Shown here piece by piece: positions 30,001 to 42,400 of a stretch of 64,000 bases of DNA; within the stretch, counting starts at the first letter, position 1; every line of letters begins with the position of its first letter. The position numbers and the translations under genes were made by a program. The notes beneath the pieces are model-generated. The model was not told where the DNA came from. It did not search any database and saw only the letters and a program-made list of their open reading frames with translations. Source of the DNA: a virus; the IMG/VR virus record IMGVR_UViG_3300025769_000095, positions 4,902-68,901 of that record. One strand, given 5' to 3'.

Positions 30001-30488
30001 AATAAAGATGCAATTATTTCTTCTCTATCAGTAATATCTTTATCTAATATGATTTGTTTTTGCTCTTTAGATATTTGAAGTTCTGTAAGTATTTTATTTA
30101 AACCCCAATTATTATTTTTACCTTTTTCAAATATTTGTTTAGCTTTATCAGAAACTAATGTGTTAACTGCTTTTAATCTATATTGAACTTGATTATTATA
30201 TTCTTTTTGATTAAATACATTATCACCTTGTTCCCATACAGGATTATTAGAAATCTCTAATTTAATCTCAGGATATTTTTCTTTAAGATACTCAATAAGT
30301 TCTTGTTCAGTCCTACCTTTATTTCTTGAAGTAGGTTGTAAATTGATTGGAACTTCTTTAGATTTAGTATAATTATCCACTTTAGATTGACTATCTAAAC
30401 CTGCCATCCAATACCTAAAAGCTTGGGTAGTTCCATAAGTAGCTTCTAAAGCTTTCCAATCTGGGTGGTTTTTATTTGGACACATCAT
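27015..30488 (-). CDS. Large polyvalent-type virion protein with zincin (MPTase-like) domain
   Basis: PGGANYTE...GH...RILELQSD domain, HEYAHH zincin motif, THEKGGVD motif; start set to ATG 30488 (ATGA overlap). Confidence 0.6.
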   Translation of the reverse strand: MMCPNKNHPDWKALEATYGTTQAFRYWMAGLDSQSKVDNYTKSKEVPINLQPTSRNKGRTEQELIEYLKEKYPEIKLEISNNPVWEQGDNVFNQKEYNNQVQYRLKAVNTLVSDKAKQIFEKGKNNNWGLNKILTELQISKEQKQIILDKDITDREEIIASLLADNSFVVEINTAKSKINLQQLPSEEDEYKIGNDVYKRIVTPEFEYVHYKNGNKISEEEFNNVVLEKESQYYSYLTVPGGANYTENEIVTPAIKPAIKGHAQFATDNGIGWFRSDEQRVGGKTATEMGADDFIEGPNGRKINPDNVTIGGKDTKTRRILELQSDLFQKGRNRKDLITNPEVNALNTSGMRGVTNMEEMLSAYEYSLIEYENKTKEEADELVSKERKRLLGLSSSKEGFNENKFLQLLNKKGNWVNFFIQSIIQDSAKKGYEKVLFPKGDTISKIEGHTTLEEFKKQKEDRIKEIEKQLEKPKYVVDWLDTSGYGDENIIFETEQEAKDYVKIENAKLPEDVEGSYILLFNRERLNNEINQLKQEIKRVEEEGFGALRPIYDFYENRVTNTLNKLYDVKEITDEYGNKWNEITITPEVLSEIMLQRNEANQIIGQANIKAMTVLVDAVNKKADTIPHEYAHHYISWFRDTPIVQEGIKRFGSEEALVQAIGEQVVKQKGEAYNWWKKFTNWILNLLSDRQLLQILTDSFLNRQDLNEFTYNNINLNKENTQPEVEDPTKYKKIYKGSELTKPTNPNNEMSLEGFKEGQKGVYEVFEENKELLESEGITAEMLIKSISKNKNSISDIENWINNCLKGRSTNKANINTSSLPKAEQGMKSSKFTKGGKWRLIKDLQGYPTHEKGGVDLMIGKDGVSITSGQSNFKAEYGLVLPKAQQGMVIGDPPSNYQNQQDWQLDYINSPQYKQILTNEFTESGMDPNLVDKEIARRAGRVSNVSIEEDPSIGVSASSLINEANPNEVYADTNKPVNDYFSLNPADFLPQGINETLGLSPTPSSNLSVNPDLIGSNQSDVIRELAKASTAGNKGLVSSTREKLMNATDVADLNAKAELPVKKDLELNKTYSAFDNPTRIHSQLTTLKKLMQDEGIYNPMIESATPEHIQQMLQNPNIINDPNIRELIQLNLKQGTDIGQLLNSVASNNNQNLDDYV

Positions 30489-33400
30489 AATCCGCAAAGC
30501 TTTTGATGGAATGAAATTACATCTTCATTCCCTGATGAAAGGAATAATTCTTTTTGTAAATCAGGATCCATATTTTCACCATACTCAAATTCTGAAGTGT
30601 GTAAAAACTTTACTACACCTTGATATGGGTCTAATAATACTGCATAAGGTCTTCCTTCAAATTCAAAATCCATAATGTTTTCTTTTGCTTCAATTGGCGA
30701 TGTTATAGCCCAACGATTATACTCTAAGGCAAATTTGTTTATTTTTAATTCAGAAGGTTCATTTTCATTTTGGTCTAATAATTTTAACATAGAAGGATTC
30801 TGATCTGATTTAAGTAAAGTTATGTATTCTTCATTAATAGTAACTCCAAATATTGGTGAATAATCTTTAAGTGTTGCAAAACCAGTATTCTTTGGAGCTT
30901 TTTCAGCTTGATCTATAATAGTTTGTTTTTGTTTTTTACTAGAATCATCAAGTCCTTCATAAACTTTTTTACCTGTTGCAGTAGAATATATTGTATTGTT
31001 ATCAGTTACAATATACTTTGTACCATTGTACATAGTAGTTTTGTATCCGCCTATAACTTGTAACTTACTAGTACTTGGTGTACCACTAAACTTACTTCCA
31101 TCTATACCTATTAACTGAGCTTTACCTGAATTATTTATATTCCAAAGTAAATAAGTTTTACCATTATATTTTACAACAGCTCCTGGCCTAATACTTCTAT
31201 CATTAGGATCAAACATTTTAGATTGAGTAGTAGGTTGTTGCACCTGTTGTGTTGGTTGGGTAGTTTTAGACCACCTTGAATAACCATTCATTTTTTCTTC
31301 TATATATCCTTTTGTAGATAAATAATCTGCAACTAGTTTATCTGATAAATTACCTTTAGCATATTGATTACCTACTCTAAATGATGCACCTGCTTCAATA
31401 GCTTGTTCTAATAATGGTTTGTATTTTTCTTTTAAAGTTTTAAGAATTTGCGCTTCTGTTACACCTCTAAATGTTCCACTACCAGAAACCATAACTACAT
31501 CAGAAGATGTATAATTTCCAGTATTAGCTTTATCTCCCCAAGCTAATCTATATTTATTAGTAGAACTTACAGTAGCTGAGCCTGATTGAAACCCAATAAA
31601 TTGAGTAGATTCAGAAGCCATTTGAATATCTTTAGCAGCATTACCATACATGTCTGTAGGTTTTACACCTGCTTGACTTAATGGATTTACTGCTTGTTGT
31701 GACCCACCTGTTTCAATTGCAGGTGAAGTAGAAGGTGTAGGAATAGGCAAGTTTCTAAGAATAGAATTGGTATTATTTAAAAATTTCTCAAAAATTTCAA
31801 ATTCTTTTTGTGCTTTAGTTTCATCACCTAACGCTATTTCTAAAGACTCTAAATGAGAAGCTTTAGCTTTGTCAGTAAGGTTATAATCTAAAGCTTCCAA
31901 AGCAGTACCTTCTCCATCTAATACCCATCCTAAATACTCACTAGCCCAATTTTTAGCTTGCTTAAGACTTGTAAACTCAGGCATTCTATTGTTTTTAGCA
32001 AGGACATTAATATCATTTAAAGTTAATGAGTCAATACCACTATCAAATGAGCTTTTTACATCTTTATAAGTTATCTTTAATTTTATTGTAGGAGCTGCTT
32101 TGGCTTTTGCAGTTTTTTCTAAAGGTCTAAATTGTCTTAACCCTCCTGTGTAAGGAGTTGCAGTATCGTACTGATGAGGTTGTTTACTTCCATCAAAAGT
32201 AACAATATCTCCATGTTCATTAGTTACTGAATCTAAAAGTTTATGTTTTATAAAATACTCACCCTTAGAAAAGTCATTTGTACGATCTCCTTTTAAAGTT
32301 AAACTTTTTACTCTTGTATCATTTGCATTATAAACATTTAATACAACAGGCATAATATAACCTGTTCTATTATATTTTCTTCCATGAGAATTAAAAGCTG
32401 TTATTCTAATTATTGAAAGTTGTTTTTGATGCTTAGCTCTATCATATTGTTCATAACGCCCATCACTTATCTTATCTCCTCTCATTGTTTTAATATCATA
32501 CACTCTTTCTTCACCAGCTTCATCTACAGTTACTAAGTCTAAAGTAGTACCTATTCCATTATAAAGATCAATGAAAGTACTTTCTAAAGCAATAGGTGTT
32601 TCACCTTTAGATTCAAGGTACTTTGAAAATTGATCTAATTGTCTTATTAAACCATTTAATGCCCCTTCATTACCTTTTTCTACAATTTCATAAGTGCTTA
32701 AATCCTTTGATAATACCCCACTAAAATAGTCTCTTAAAAATCTATCTACTTTAGTACCTATTGTAGTAGCTGTTTCACTAAGTTGACTTTTGTTAGCATT
32801 GACATACATTCCTAATCCATCATGCTCATAGTAGCTAACTCCTTTAGAATATAAATATCTTATCAAATCTTTTTCATAAGGAGTTCCTTCTTTTGTAAGA
32901 CCAGCTATTGTTTTAAATACAAATGTAACTGACTTCTGCCATCCTCCTGCACCCATTGCTTTGTCAATCAATGCCTTTATTTCTGCTAACTCTTCTTGTG
33001 AATTAACACTTAGCATGATTGTTTCATCGCCATTAAAGTTTTTAGTAACCCCACCAAAAGCAGCAGCTAAAGGATTATTAGAAGCACTAACAATACCATT
33101 TGAATAATTAGCCATCCTTTGTTCTAACTCAGAAGCATTAGTAAGTTGAACAGGAGAAGTTAGTTTTTCAAATTTAGGCTTACTTATAAAGTGAGTATTA
33201 CGCATTACCGTATTAGATCCATCAACATAAGAGGTTTTGTCTTTACTAATTTTAACATTCTTAGTAGCTTCAGGAAGTTCTTTAGTATAAAAATCAAGAG
33301 CTTGCTCTTTTGGACTTTTTACAGTTTGACCATTTGGATTTACCTTACCATTTAAAGTAGAGCTTATAAAAACTCTATCTGAAAATCTTGTAATAGCTGT

Positions 33401-36400
33401 GTACATTGATTTAGATAAATTATCTGGATCATCCTTTGTTACACTATAAATATCATCTTCTAATACAAGACCTTCTGCATAAGTAGAACCTTGAGATTGG
33501 TGAGAATTAATAGCATATGCATAATCAAATCTTACATAGGCATCACTTATATCTCTAAAAACACCTCCTAATTGTCTGTGTGCAGAAGGATTACTAAACT
33601 TTAATTTATTTCTTTCTTGCTTTAAAGCTTTACGGAATTGCATTATAATATTATAATCCTCAGGGAAAGGAACCCTTTGTGTAGTAGATTCACCATATAT
33701 TTTTAAAGGAAGTTGATGGCTTCTTATTTTTACTTTACTCCATTGCTCATAGAAAGTTTTAGGTAACAAACCAGCTACTTCTAATCTATCAATAACATTT
33801 TTGAAAAAGTAATCTTCTCTTTCTTCAGGCCTCCCTACAATTTGAGCAGCTGTATTTTTAGTAATAGCTATTGCTTGACCATCTACCATTAATCTAAATG
33901 GATCTAAAACTCTAAGTAGTTCACCCTTATAATAAGGTTTTGGATTATCTCCAAATATAGTTTGTCTAACCCTTGCATTTGTTTTATTTACTGTAGCATT
34001 TCTATATCCAATAATTCTAAACAAATTAGGATTATTCTCTTTAATAGCTTTTTTATACCTTTCTATAGCATAATTAAATAAGTTATTTTTTTCTTCTTCT
34101 TTTATAAATACTAATTCTTCAGTATCAATACGTTGGAGACTACTGTAAGGATTTTTAGGTTTATTTTTTTTATCAGAATGAGAACTATCCCAAGCATGAT
34201 CTGCCCAAGGAAGAATAGAACTGTCTTCTCCTTGTCTTACTCTTTCAAACAATTTGACTGATGAACTATCATTATCTTTTAATTCTAAGAAAGGTCTTGA
34301 CAAATAACTTCCTAATTTATGTTTTTTAACAAAATCATTAAGTTTAGCTTCAGCTATTGTTTTAGCTTGACCTCTAGAAGTATCAACTTCAGTATTAATA
34401 TTTTCTAATTCAGAAATAATAAAAGGATCTAATTTTAAATATTTAGCTAACAACAAATAATCTTTACCTTCTCTTACAGGAATTAATTGTCCACTATCAC
34501 CAGCAAATAAAATCTTAGCAGTAGGATTTTGTTCCCTAATTTTAGCATATGTACTTTCACTTATCATAGAAGCTTCATCTATAATAATGTAAGTAGCTTC
34601 TTCTATTGCAGTTGTTTTTTTACCTCTTTTAAAATTATTAGAAGTTGGATCATATTCTTCACCTAAACCAGAACTAATAGTAGAAACTTTAATAGTTTCT
34701 TCTTTTTCTACTCCTGCGTTCTTAAGATTATTAGCCGCTTGATTAGTAGGAGCTAATACTAAAATAGGTTTTTGCATATAGCTAGCCGAGGCAGCTAATT
34801 TCTGAGTTATAAACTTAATAATTGTAGTCTTACCTGTACCTGCTTTACCTTGTAATAAAAAGTCAACACCTTTATTATTACCCATAAAAAAGTCAAGAAT
34901 TCTATTATGAGCATTCTTTTGACGATCATTTAAATTTTCATAACTAACTGCTGATATGTCTTTACGACCTTCTTGTTCAACAGGTTGTTGCTGTTCAGTA
35001 GAAGGTTGTTCAGTAGGGGTTGGCTTTTGATCTGTTTCTTCTTCTTTAGAAATTAACTGAGGAGGAATATTACTAGATGAAGGAATTGAAGAATCACCAT
35101 CTTCAAATTCTGAGTCAAAGAAATCTTCTCCAAAAGATTCACCACTACCAGTAGTACCCATTGGAGGAGCATCACTTGCAGATGGGGGTGGAATGAATTC
35201 TTGTCTTGTGAAAGTTTTTAAAGTGGGTTTACTGCTATACACATCTTCAGCATGTTCTCCAAAGAAATATCTTTGTACTCTCTTTGTGTTATCTTCATAA
35301 GTACTCAGTTCACTAACACTTACCCATTTTTTAATGTTATAATAATACTTAAACAACATATTACCATATCCAGGAACATATGTTTTAAGATAAGGAAACC
35401 TAATCCCTCTTTGTCTTTTATGTTCATTTATATATAGTACTGAAGGATTATTAGGATCTGCGTAAGGACTATAAATTGGTTCTGGAATATAATCCAAATC
35501 TCTAAAGTTATTTCTTATAAACTGGTCTAAGAAATTATTTACATGGCTATCACCTTTATCAAAATATTCTAACTGAGATTTTAATGTTTCAAAATCTTTC
35601 TTGTTAGCCCATGTTTTTAAAGGTAATAATTGATTAAACCCTCCCATAGTAAATCTAAATCCACTTGCATAGAAAGAATAAACTTTTAAAAATTCAAGTA
35701 CATCTGATGGTAATTTCTTAACATCATTTTTTATATCTTGAACTTCATTCCTATCCATATTAATATTACCTTGATAGATAATATATCCAGCTTTAGTAAA
35801 TTCAAGTTTCTTTAAAAATTTATTGTTAGGGTTTGACTTTTGAAGAGCCATTAGTTTTTTTCTATTCTCCGCGTAAGACTTTTTAAACATGTCATAATCA
35901 TACAACACAGAACCTAAGTACTCAAAATACTGCCTGTAAAGAGAATCTATTTGATCATTAGTAAGGTCCCACTTTTCATAAATGTTTTTCTTTAGTCTTT
36001 CAGCCTTATTTAGAATTTTTTTAAAGGTCTCACCTTTTATATTTGGAAACCCAATTTGATTTACAATAGTATCTAGTGGTAAAGAAATACCATACTCTAC
36101 AAGAGTCTCCATGTAGAAAGGTATTTCTAAAGAAGATTCAAACATCTCTTTAGCTCCTACAAAATAAGCATCAAAAGATGCTTTTTGATACCTTCTTTCA
36201 GAACCAGCACTTTCACTTAGATTAGCTCCTAATCCACCATCTCCAATTTTAGTATTAGTAATAAGATCTGAAATATTACTTACTAAATCTTTCATACCAA
36301 AAAGAGTACCAATAATACTTTCACTACTATTTAATACATTACCATCAGCATCAAAATATAAAATTGAACTACCTGCTTTTGGTAAAACATTAGCTAGTTT

Positions 36401-39400
36401 ACTTTTACTAAGCAAAGCATCTTCAGTATATTGTAATACTAAAGGATCATTAAGAACTGATATTGCTTGAGGAATACTATAACCAAGAGACAACAACCCA
36501 AACAAATAATCACTTGTAGCAGAGTTAACATTAATATATCCAGCTAATGGATTCTTTCCATTATCCACAGCAGCAGCTAAAAACTCTGCCATGTTTTGAA
36601 TTTTAGAAACACCTGTATTGTCAAATTCTTTTGACAAGTTTGTTAATTCTTCAATTTCAATATTAGTAGTTCCATTTTTAAAAGTTAAATTATTAATCAT
36701 TGAGTTAAAAATAGAATCTATTTCTTCTTGAGTAAAGCTAATAGATTGTTTTTCTTCTAATCTACTTTTTTCTTTTTTTGCAAATGCTGCTTCTGAAATA
36801 GCTAGTTTTATTAAATTTTGTATTACAGCATAAGCATTTGCATTAGAAGATGTATTAATTAAATCTTTTGCAAGATTAGGGTAATTGTAAGATTGTTTAT
36901 TGTCAATATTTTCAGAAAAAGATTTATAGAATTTTAAAACCTCTTCTATTATTTTAGTATGATTAGATGGGTTACCTAATAATTCTCTAAATACTTCTTG
37001 TACAGCACCATTTGCTTCAAATTTAGCATCAAAGTTTTTAATTGAATTTAATAATTTTTCATTAAAGAAATTATCATTTTTTATATTATTTGTTATTTCA
37101 ACAGGTAACTTAACTATTCTAGTTAAAAATCCATCTTTATGTTGAATATTATAATGTTGCCACAACGCATTTGATGCTAAAGCATTAGCTGCAATACCAG
37201 TCAATGCTTTACCTTGATTCATTCGTTGAGCAATATTAACAGTGGTAACAGGGTCTAACATTAGCAATTTAACATCACCCTCCTTGTATTTATTTGCTAA
37301 TCTTTCAACAGTAGCAAAACCTCCAGGCTTAAGTTGTTTAGATGCAACACTAGAATCTCCTAAAATATCATTCCACATTAAATTAAATAATGTCTTTTCA
37401 TTAGCTCTTTTAGTTTGAATCCTTTCTGTTTGTTGTACAACTTCAAAATCTGTTAATAATAAATCATCTCTTTCAGCAACTAAATCTTTTATGTTTTGAT
37501 AAAGAGTGTCTTTATAATTATAAAGGTCACCTAATCTTTTTTTAAGTTCTTTATATTCTTCTGAGTTAAGACTTTCAAGAAGTTGTTTTTCAGCTTCTTT
37601 AGGATCACTAGACAATGATAAATCTGAAATCTTTGAGCTTAAAGTAGCTAACTCTAACTTTAATTCAGGTATTGATTCTTTAGTATTTACTAAATTCTCA
37701 TATAACTTCTCTATTCTTTTATTATAATCTTCTACTATTTTTCTACCTGCATTAGTTCTTTTTGCTATTTGTAAAGCTGTCTGTACTTTAGAAGGTGCGC
37801 CAAAACCTTTTACCTTATCAATGTCAAAGTCAAGACCTGCAATAGCAGTAATCTCATGAGGCAATGTCATTGTATCTGAAAATGGATCAAATGCAATAGC
37901 TTTGATTTTAAAATCAGAATAGAAATATTCATTAGGAATACGATACCCTATTGATTCTTTTAAAGACTCAGGCATTGTATTAAATGCTTCTTGATCAATA
38001 AAGCCTTCATCATTAATGTATTCTGCTATTTCCTTATTTGTTACAGGAAGAATAGCTTCCATATAAGCTATTGACTTAGGTACTGATTTAGTATCATTAG
38101 CTTTTATAATCTTACCATCAGCATCTTTAAATACAATGCGAGGTTTCTTTGCAAAACCTACAGCTGAACGGTTAATTAAAGAATACCCATTAGAAAACTT
38201 TTGATCACTAACTCCTTTTCTATACATACTTGATAGTAAAGACTCAATGGTTTTACTATTTACAGGATGCCATAAAGGAACTGTTGGATCTCCATTTTCA
38301 TCAAGTTGAAGCATTTCTAAAAAGTCATCTCCTAACCCTCTGTTAATTACATCTTCTCTTAATTTTTTAATAAGATCATTCCAATTAGAAATTTCATCTG
38401 TAAGCTCTGCATATGAAATCTTAATATTATCTATAATAAGTTGTTGGTAAGCTTTTACAATTTTATCGTAGTTAGGATGATTATTTTTTAAATCAACAAT
38501 AATAAGCTTTTGAATCTGTGTTCCAAATAATTCACTTGATTCATAATAGTGGCTTGGATTTTCTTGTTGCTTACCCCAAGCATCATAACTAAGTGAAACT
38601 ATAGGAGCACCTTCACCAAGATAAGAATCAATGCTTTCTTCAACATTGTATTCATCACTAAGATTTAAGTTTGGCTTGTATGCTTTTAAAGTAGAATCAA
38701 AAGTATATACGCCATTGTCAACTTCAGTATCTACATTTGAATAATCAACCGTACCATCAGGGTTAAACACATAACCTGATTCTTCTAATAATCTTTTATA
38801 GAAAGGATTGTACAAAGGGTTATCTACTTCACCTTTTTCAGTTTTTATTTTTTTCAATCCATAAAATGGAATCATTAATATTTCAGAATCTTTCTTTTGG
38901 AAAGGTGTAAGCTTAGAAGTGTTAGGGTCATTTAAAACCTTTTGAAGTACCATTGTATAAACATATGGTTTGATAGTTTCAAAAGATCTTATACTCTTAA
39001 GCTCTTCTATTATTGGAGAGTTTTCAGGTAGTGCTTTAACAATAGCATCTATATGTTTTTTAGAAGGTAATTTACCTGAACTAATAAGTTTCCAAACAAG
39101 ATCTTTAGCTTCTGTCCATTCTCCCATAGCTATCATTCGATACTTATAACTATGAGGAGTAAGAAGAGTCATACCATCAGTTAAAGAAACGCCCTGTTCA
39201 TAAGCTGATAAGTTTTCATCTCCTAATATTTTACCTAACTGATTTAACTGAGGAGCAGGTGTTTCAATATCAGGAAGAATCCTGATGTTCATTGTACTAG
39301 GTACTTTAGTAACTTCTCCTTTTGAATTAGACCAAAATGCATCAGAAGAAGCATATGTTACAGGGGAGTATAACTCTTTAACTCTCTTAAAGAAATCATC

Positions 39401-42400
39401 TACTACATTCCCAACTCCTTTAGACTTATAAAAAGCAGGGTCTCCTGCTGTAATTAAAATCATTTGACCTTGCCAAGCAACATGATTTAATACAAAATTA
39501 GTTAGGTAATCTTGTAGCTTTTCAGGGTCTAATTCAATTCCTTCATGAAGTTGAATGTTAGGATCTGATATTAATTTTTCTGCTAAGTCACTAGCTGTTT
39601 TTCTAGCCCATGCTTCAAACTCTTTAACATCAGATCCCATTTCTTGAGGTACTAATAATCTAGATGAGGCATTTTTTGCAAAGTTAGAAGGTGCATTTGC
39701 AACAGTACCATTCTTATCAACTTGTTGAATTCGATTTGATTCAAAATCAAAAACCTCTTTTATTAAACCAAGAGCTTCTTCGTTATTAAGTTTATTGACC
39801 TCCATCATTTCATTTACTGGAGAGTCTGAATAAATTGGTAAAGAAATATGACCTTTAGATTTGCTATCATTATTAAACCAGCTGTTAATCATTATATTAT
39901 AATGATCAGCTGTAGTTAGTTTATCATAACTAGTTCCTTTTTTATCTCCCTTATACTTAATACCTCCATTACTAGAGATAGTAATCTGCTTTAAATATTT
40001 AAAAACAGAAAGGTTTTTATATAAAGGATCTTTAAAGTAAAACTCTTGGAAAGTTCTAGGATCATTTTTAGCCTTGTTTAATAAATTACTTAAAAATCCT
40101 GGCTTGCCCCATTCAAATAACTTTTCACCCTCTACACTAAAAGTAGTATCTTGAAAATCCTGAACATAAAAATCAGCTAAAGTATCTGTCAAGAAACCCA
40201 AGTGGGTTTTAAGTTGCAATTCCCTTTGTAATGTTATAGCAGGGCTTTCTTTAGGATTCGCTTCTTCAGATTCTTTTAATAATTTTTTAGCTTCTAACCA
40301 ATGGCTTTCTAACAAGGAAAGTAATCTTTCATTTCTTTTGTTTCCTAACTCAGCTTTTGCTTCTTTAGTTAAAGGAAGATCTAAAATACTCTGACCCCCT
40401 TCTTTATACAAGTTTTTTAAGTTGTTAGTAATGTATTTGTTAATTGTAAACCTATTAGCTTTTATGTATAAAGGCTTATTAGCTTCTCTATTTGACCCAG
40501 GTAGATAAACCATTACATGGGTGTTAGAATTTTTCTGTTGAGCCAATTTAAATAGTTGAACAACAAACTTATTAGCTCTTGCATTTTTCTTTAATTCTTC
40601 TACATTAGTAACTTGATTATTATTCCATCCTTCGTAATATTCTTTTAATTGTTTAAATATAGGATGAGCATCAAGTTTCTTTAACATAGCAGGTATGTTA
40701 TGAGCTCCACCAATAACCCTTTGTAATTCTGGATATAATTGATGATGATCATAATATAAAGGCATACCATGAAAACCAATCTTTCCTTCTTTTTTTATTA
40801 AAGACAAAGCCCTTTTAATAAAATACCCCATGTTTTCTTTTGGAGAAATCTTTGATTGATCATAACTCCATGCATCACGAGGATTTTCTTCTTTATCTTT
40901 ATTGATAGAATCTTGCTCATCAGTTGTATCATCTGTGTCTTTTTCAATTAAAGAACTAGTATCTAACTTAATTGAGTATCCTCTTGAAGCAAGACCTTTT
41001 AAAAATTCAATGTACAATGGCCCTTTAACAGGTTCTATTTCATATATTATTATATCGTCAATCTTTCCATCTTCATTAAAACTAAATTCTTTAATGTCAG
41101 GTCTTAAAGCTTTAAGCACCTTTAATATGCCTTCTTGATGGGATGGGTTACTTTTTGCATACTCAATAAATGCATTTACTACTGAATTTGTATCAGGGTC
41201 TATTGAAGTAATTAAATCTAACTCAGGATCTTCATTTAAAGCATTAGCATAAATAGACATTAAAGAATCAGGGTTGTTTTTATATTCTTTAGTTAAGAGA
41301 ATATCTAAAGCTGCAAGACCTGATGATACAGACTGTTGTATTTGAAGAGTTGTAAGTTCAAATGGTTGGAATGCATCATTAAAATTATTAGCAACAATAC
41401 CTTCTTTGTATTCTCCTCTGTCTAACTTTCTAAATACTGTATCTATTTGTTTCCAATTACCACTAATCTTTTTTATAAAATTCTTTAACACTCTAAAGAA
41501 TTTTCTTAAAGCTCCTTTTACCCCAGTATCAGCTATTCTATATTCTTGAAACTCATTAGCCATTTTTTCTTCAAGAGCTATTTCTTCAATAGTAGACTCA
41601 GGAAGATTTTTATATTTCTTTCTAAGATTGTCATATATCATTCTAGCCTCTTGCATTTCAGCTTCAGTAAGATTATATCTTTCTTTGGCTTCTGCTAAAA
41701 GAGTTTGTCTTGTCTCATCAGAAAGCATTCCTCTAAACACAATATGAAATGCCTCATGATACAAGGTTTTATTACTAGCTTGATTTGATAACTTAATTAA
41801 ACTTCTCTTTGCTACTCCATAAGCTTGGAAAGAACCTACATCAATTAGACCATCTACAATCTGAAGAGGAAAATCTCCAAGAAGCTCTTTCATTTCTTTA
41901 CGAGCTTGCTCCTCATTTAAACGGAATTTTTTACCTCTAAAAGGTGAAGTTGTTTCATCATCAAATATATTTCCACCTAATTTTCTGCTACCTCTTTTTC
42001 CGCTACCTCTTTTTTTTGAGGATGGTTCTTGAGTTGGTTCTTGAGTTGGTTCAATAGCTTCTGAAGCACCTTCACCTGTAGGAGTTGGTTGTGAAGGGGG
42101 AGGTGTTGATTTACTTTCCCTACTTCGTTGAGATGGACCAAAAGGACTTTTTGAAGAAGGTTTTTGTTCTTCAGAAACATCTTCTGAAGATCCTTGAGCC
42201 TCATAACCTTTAAATCTAAAAGCAGGGTACACATAAAAATCTCCATCAAGTAATGAAGTTTCCATTCTATCTAAAACACTTTCTACATAAACGTCATTTG
42301 ACAATTTAGTATAGTCTACTTGACAAGGTCTATTATAAAGGTTATGACTTTCTATAAATGCTTCAGGTGAAAAGAATCCATTTTCATCTAAATATTCTTT

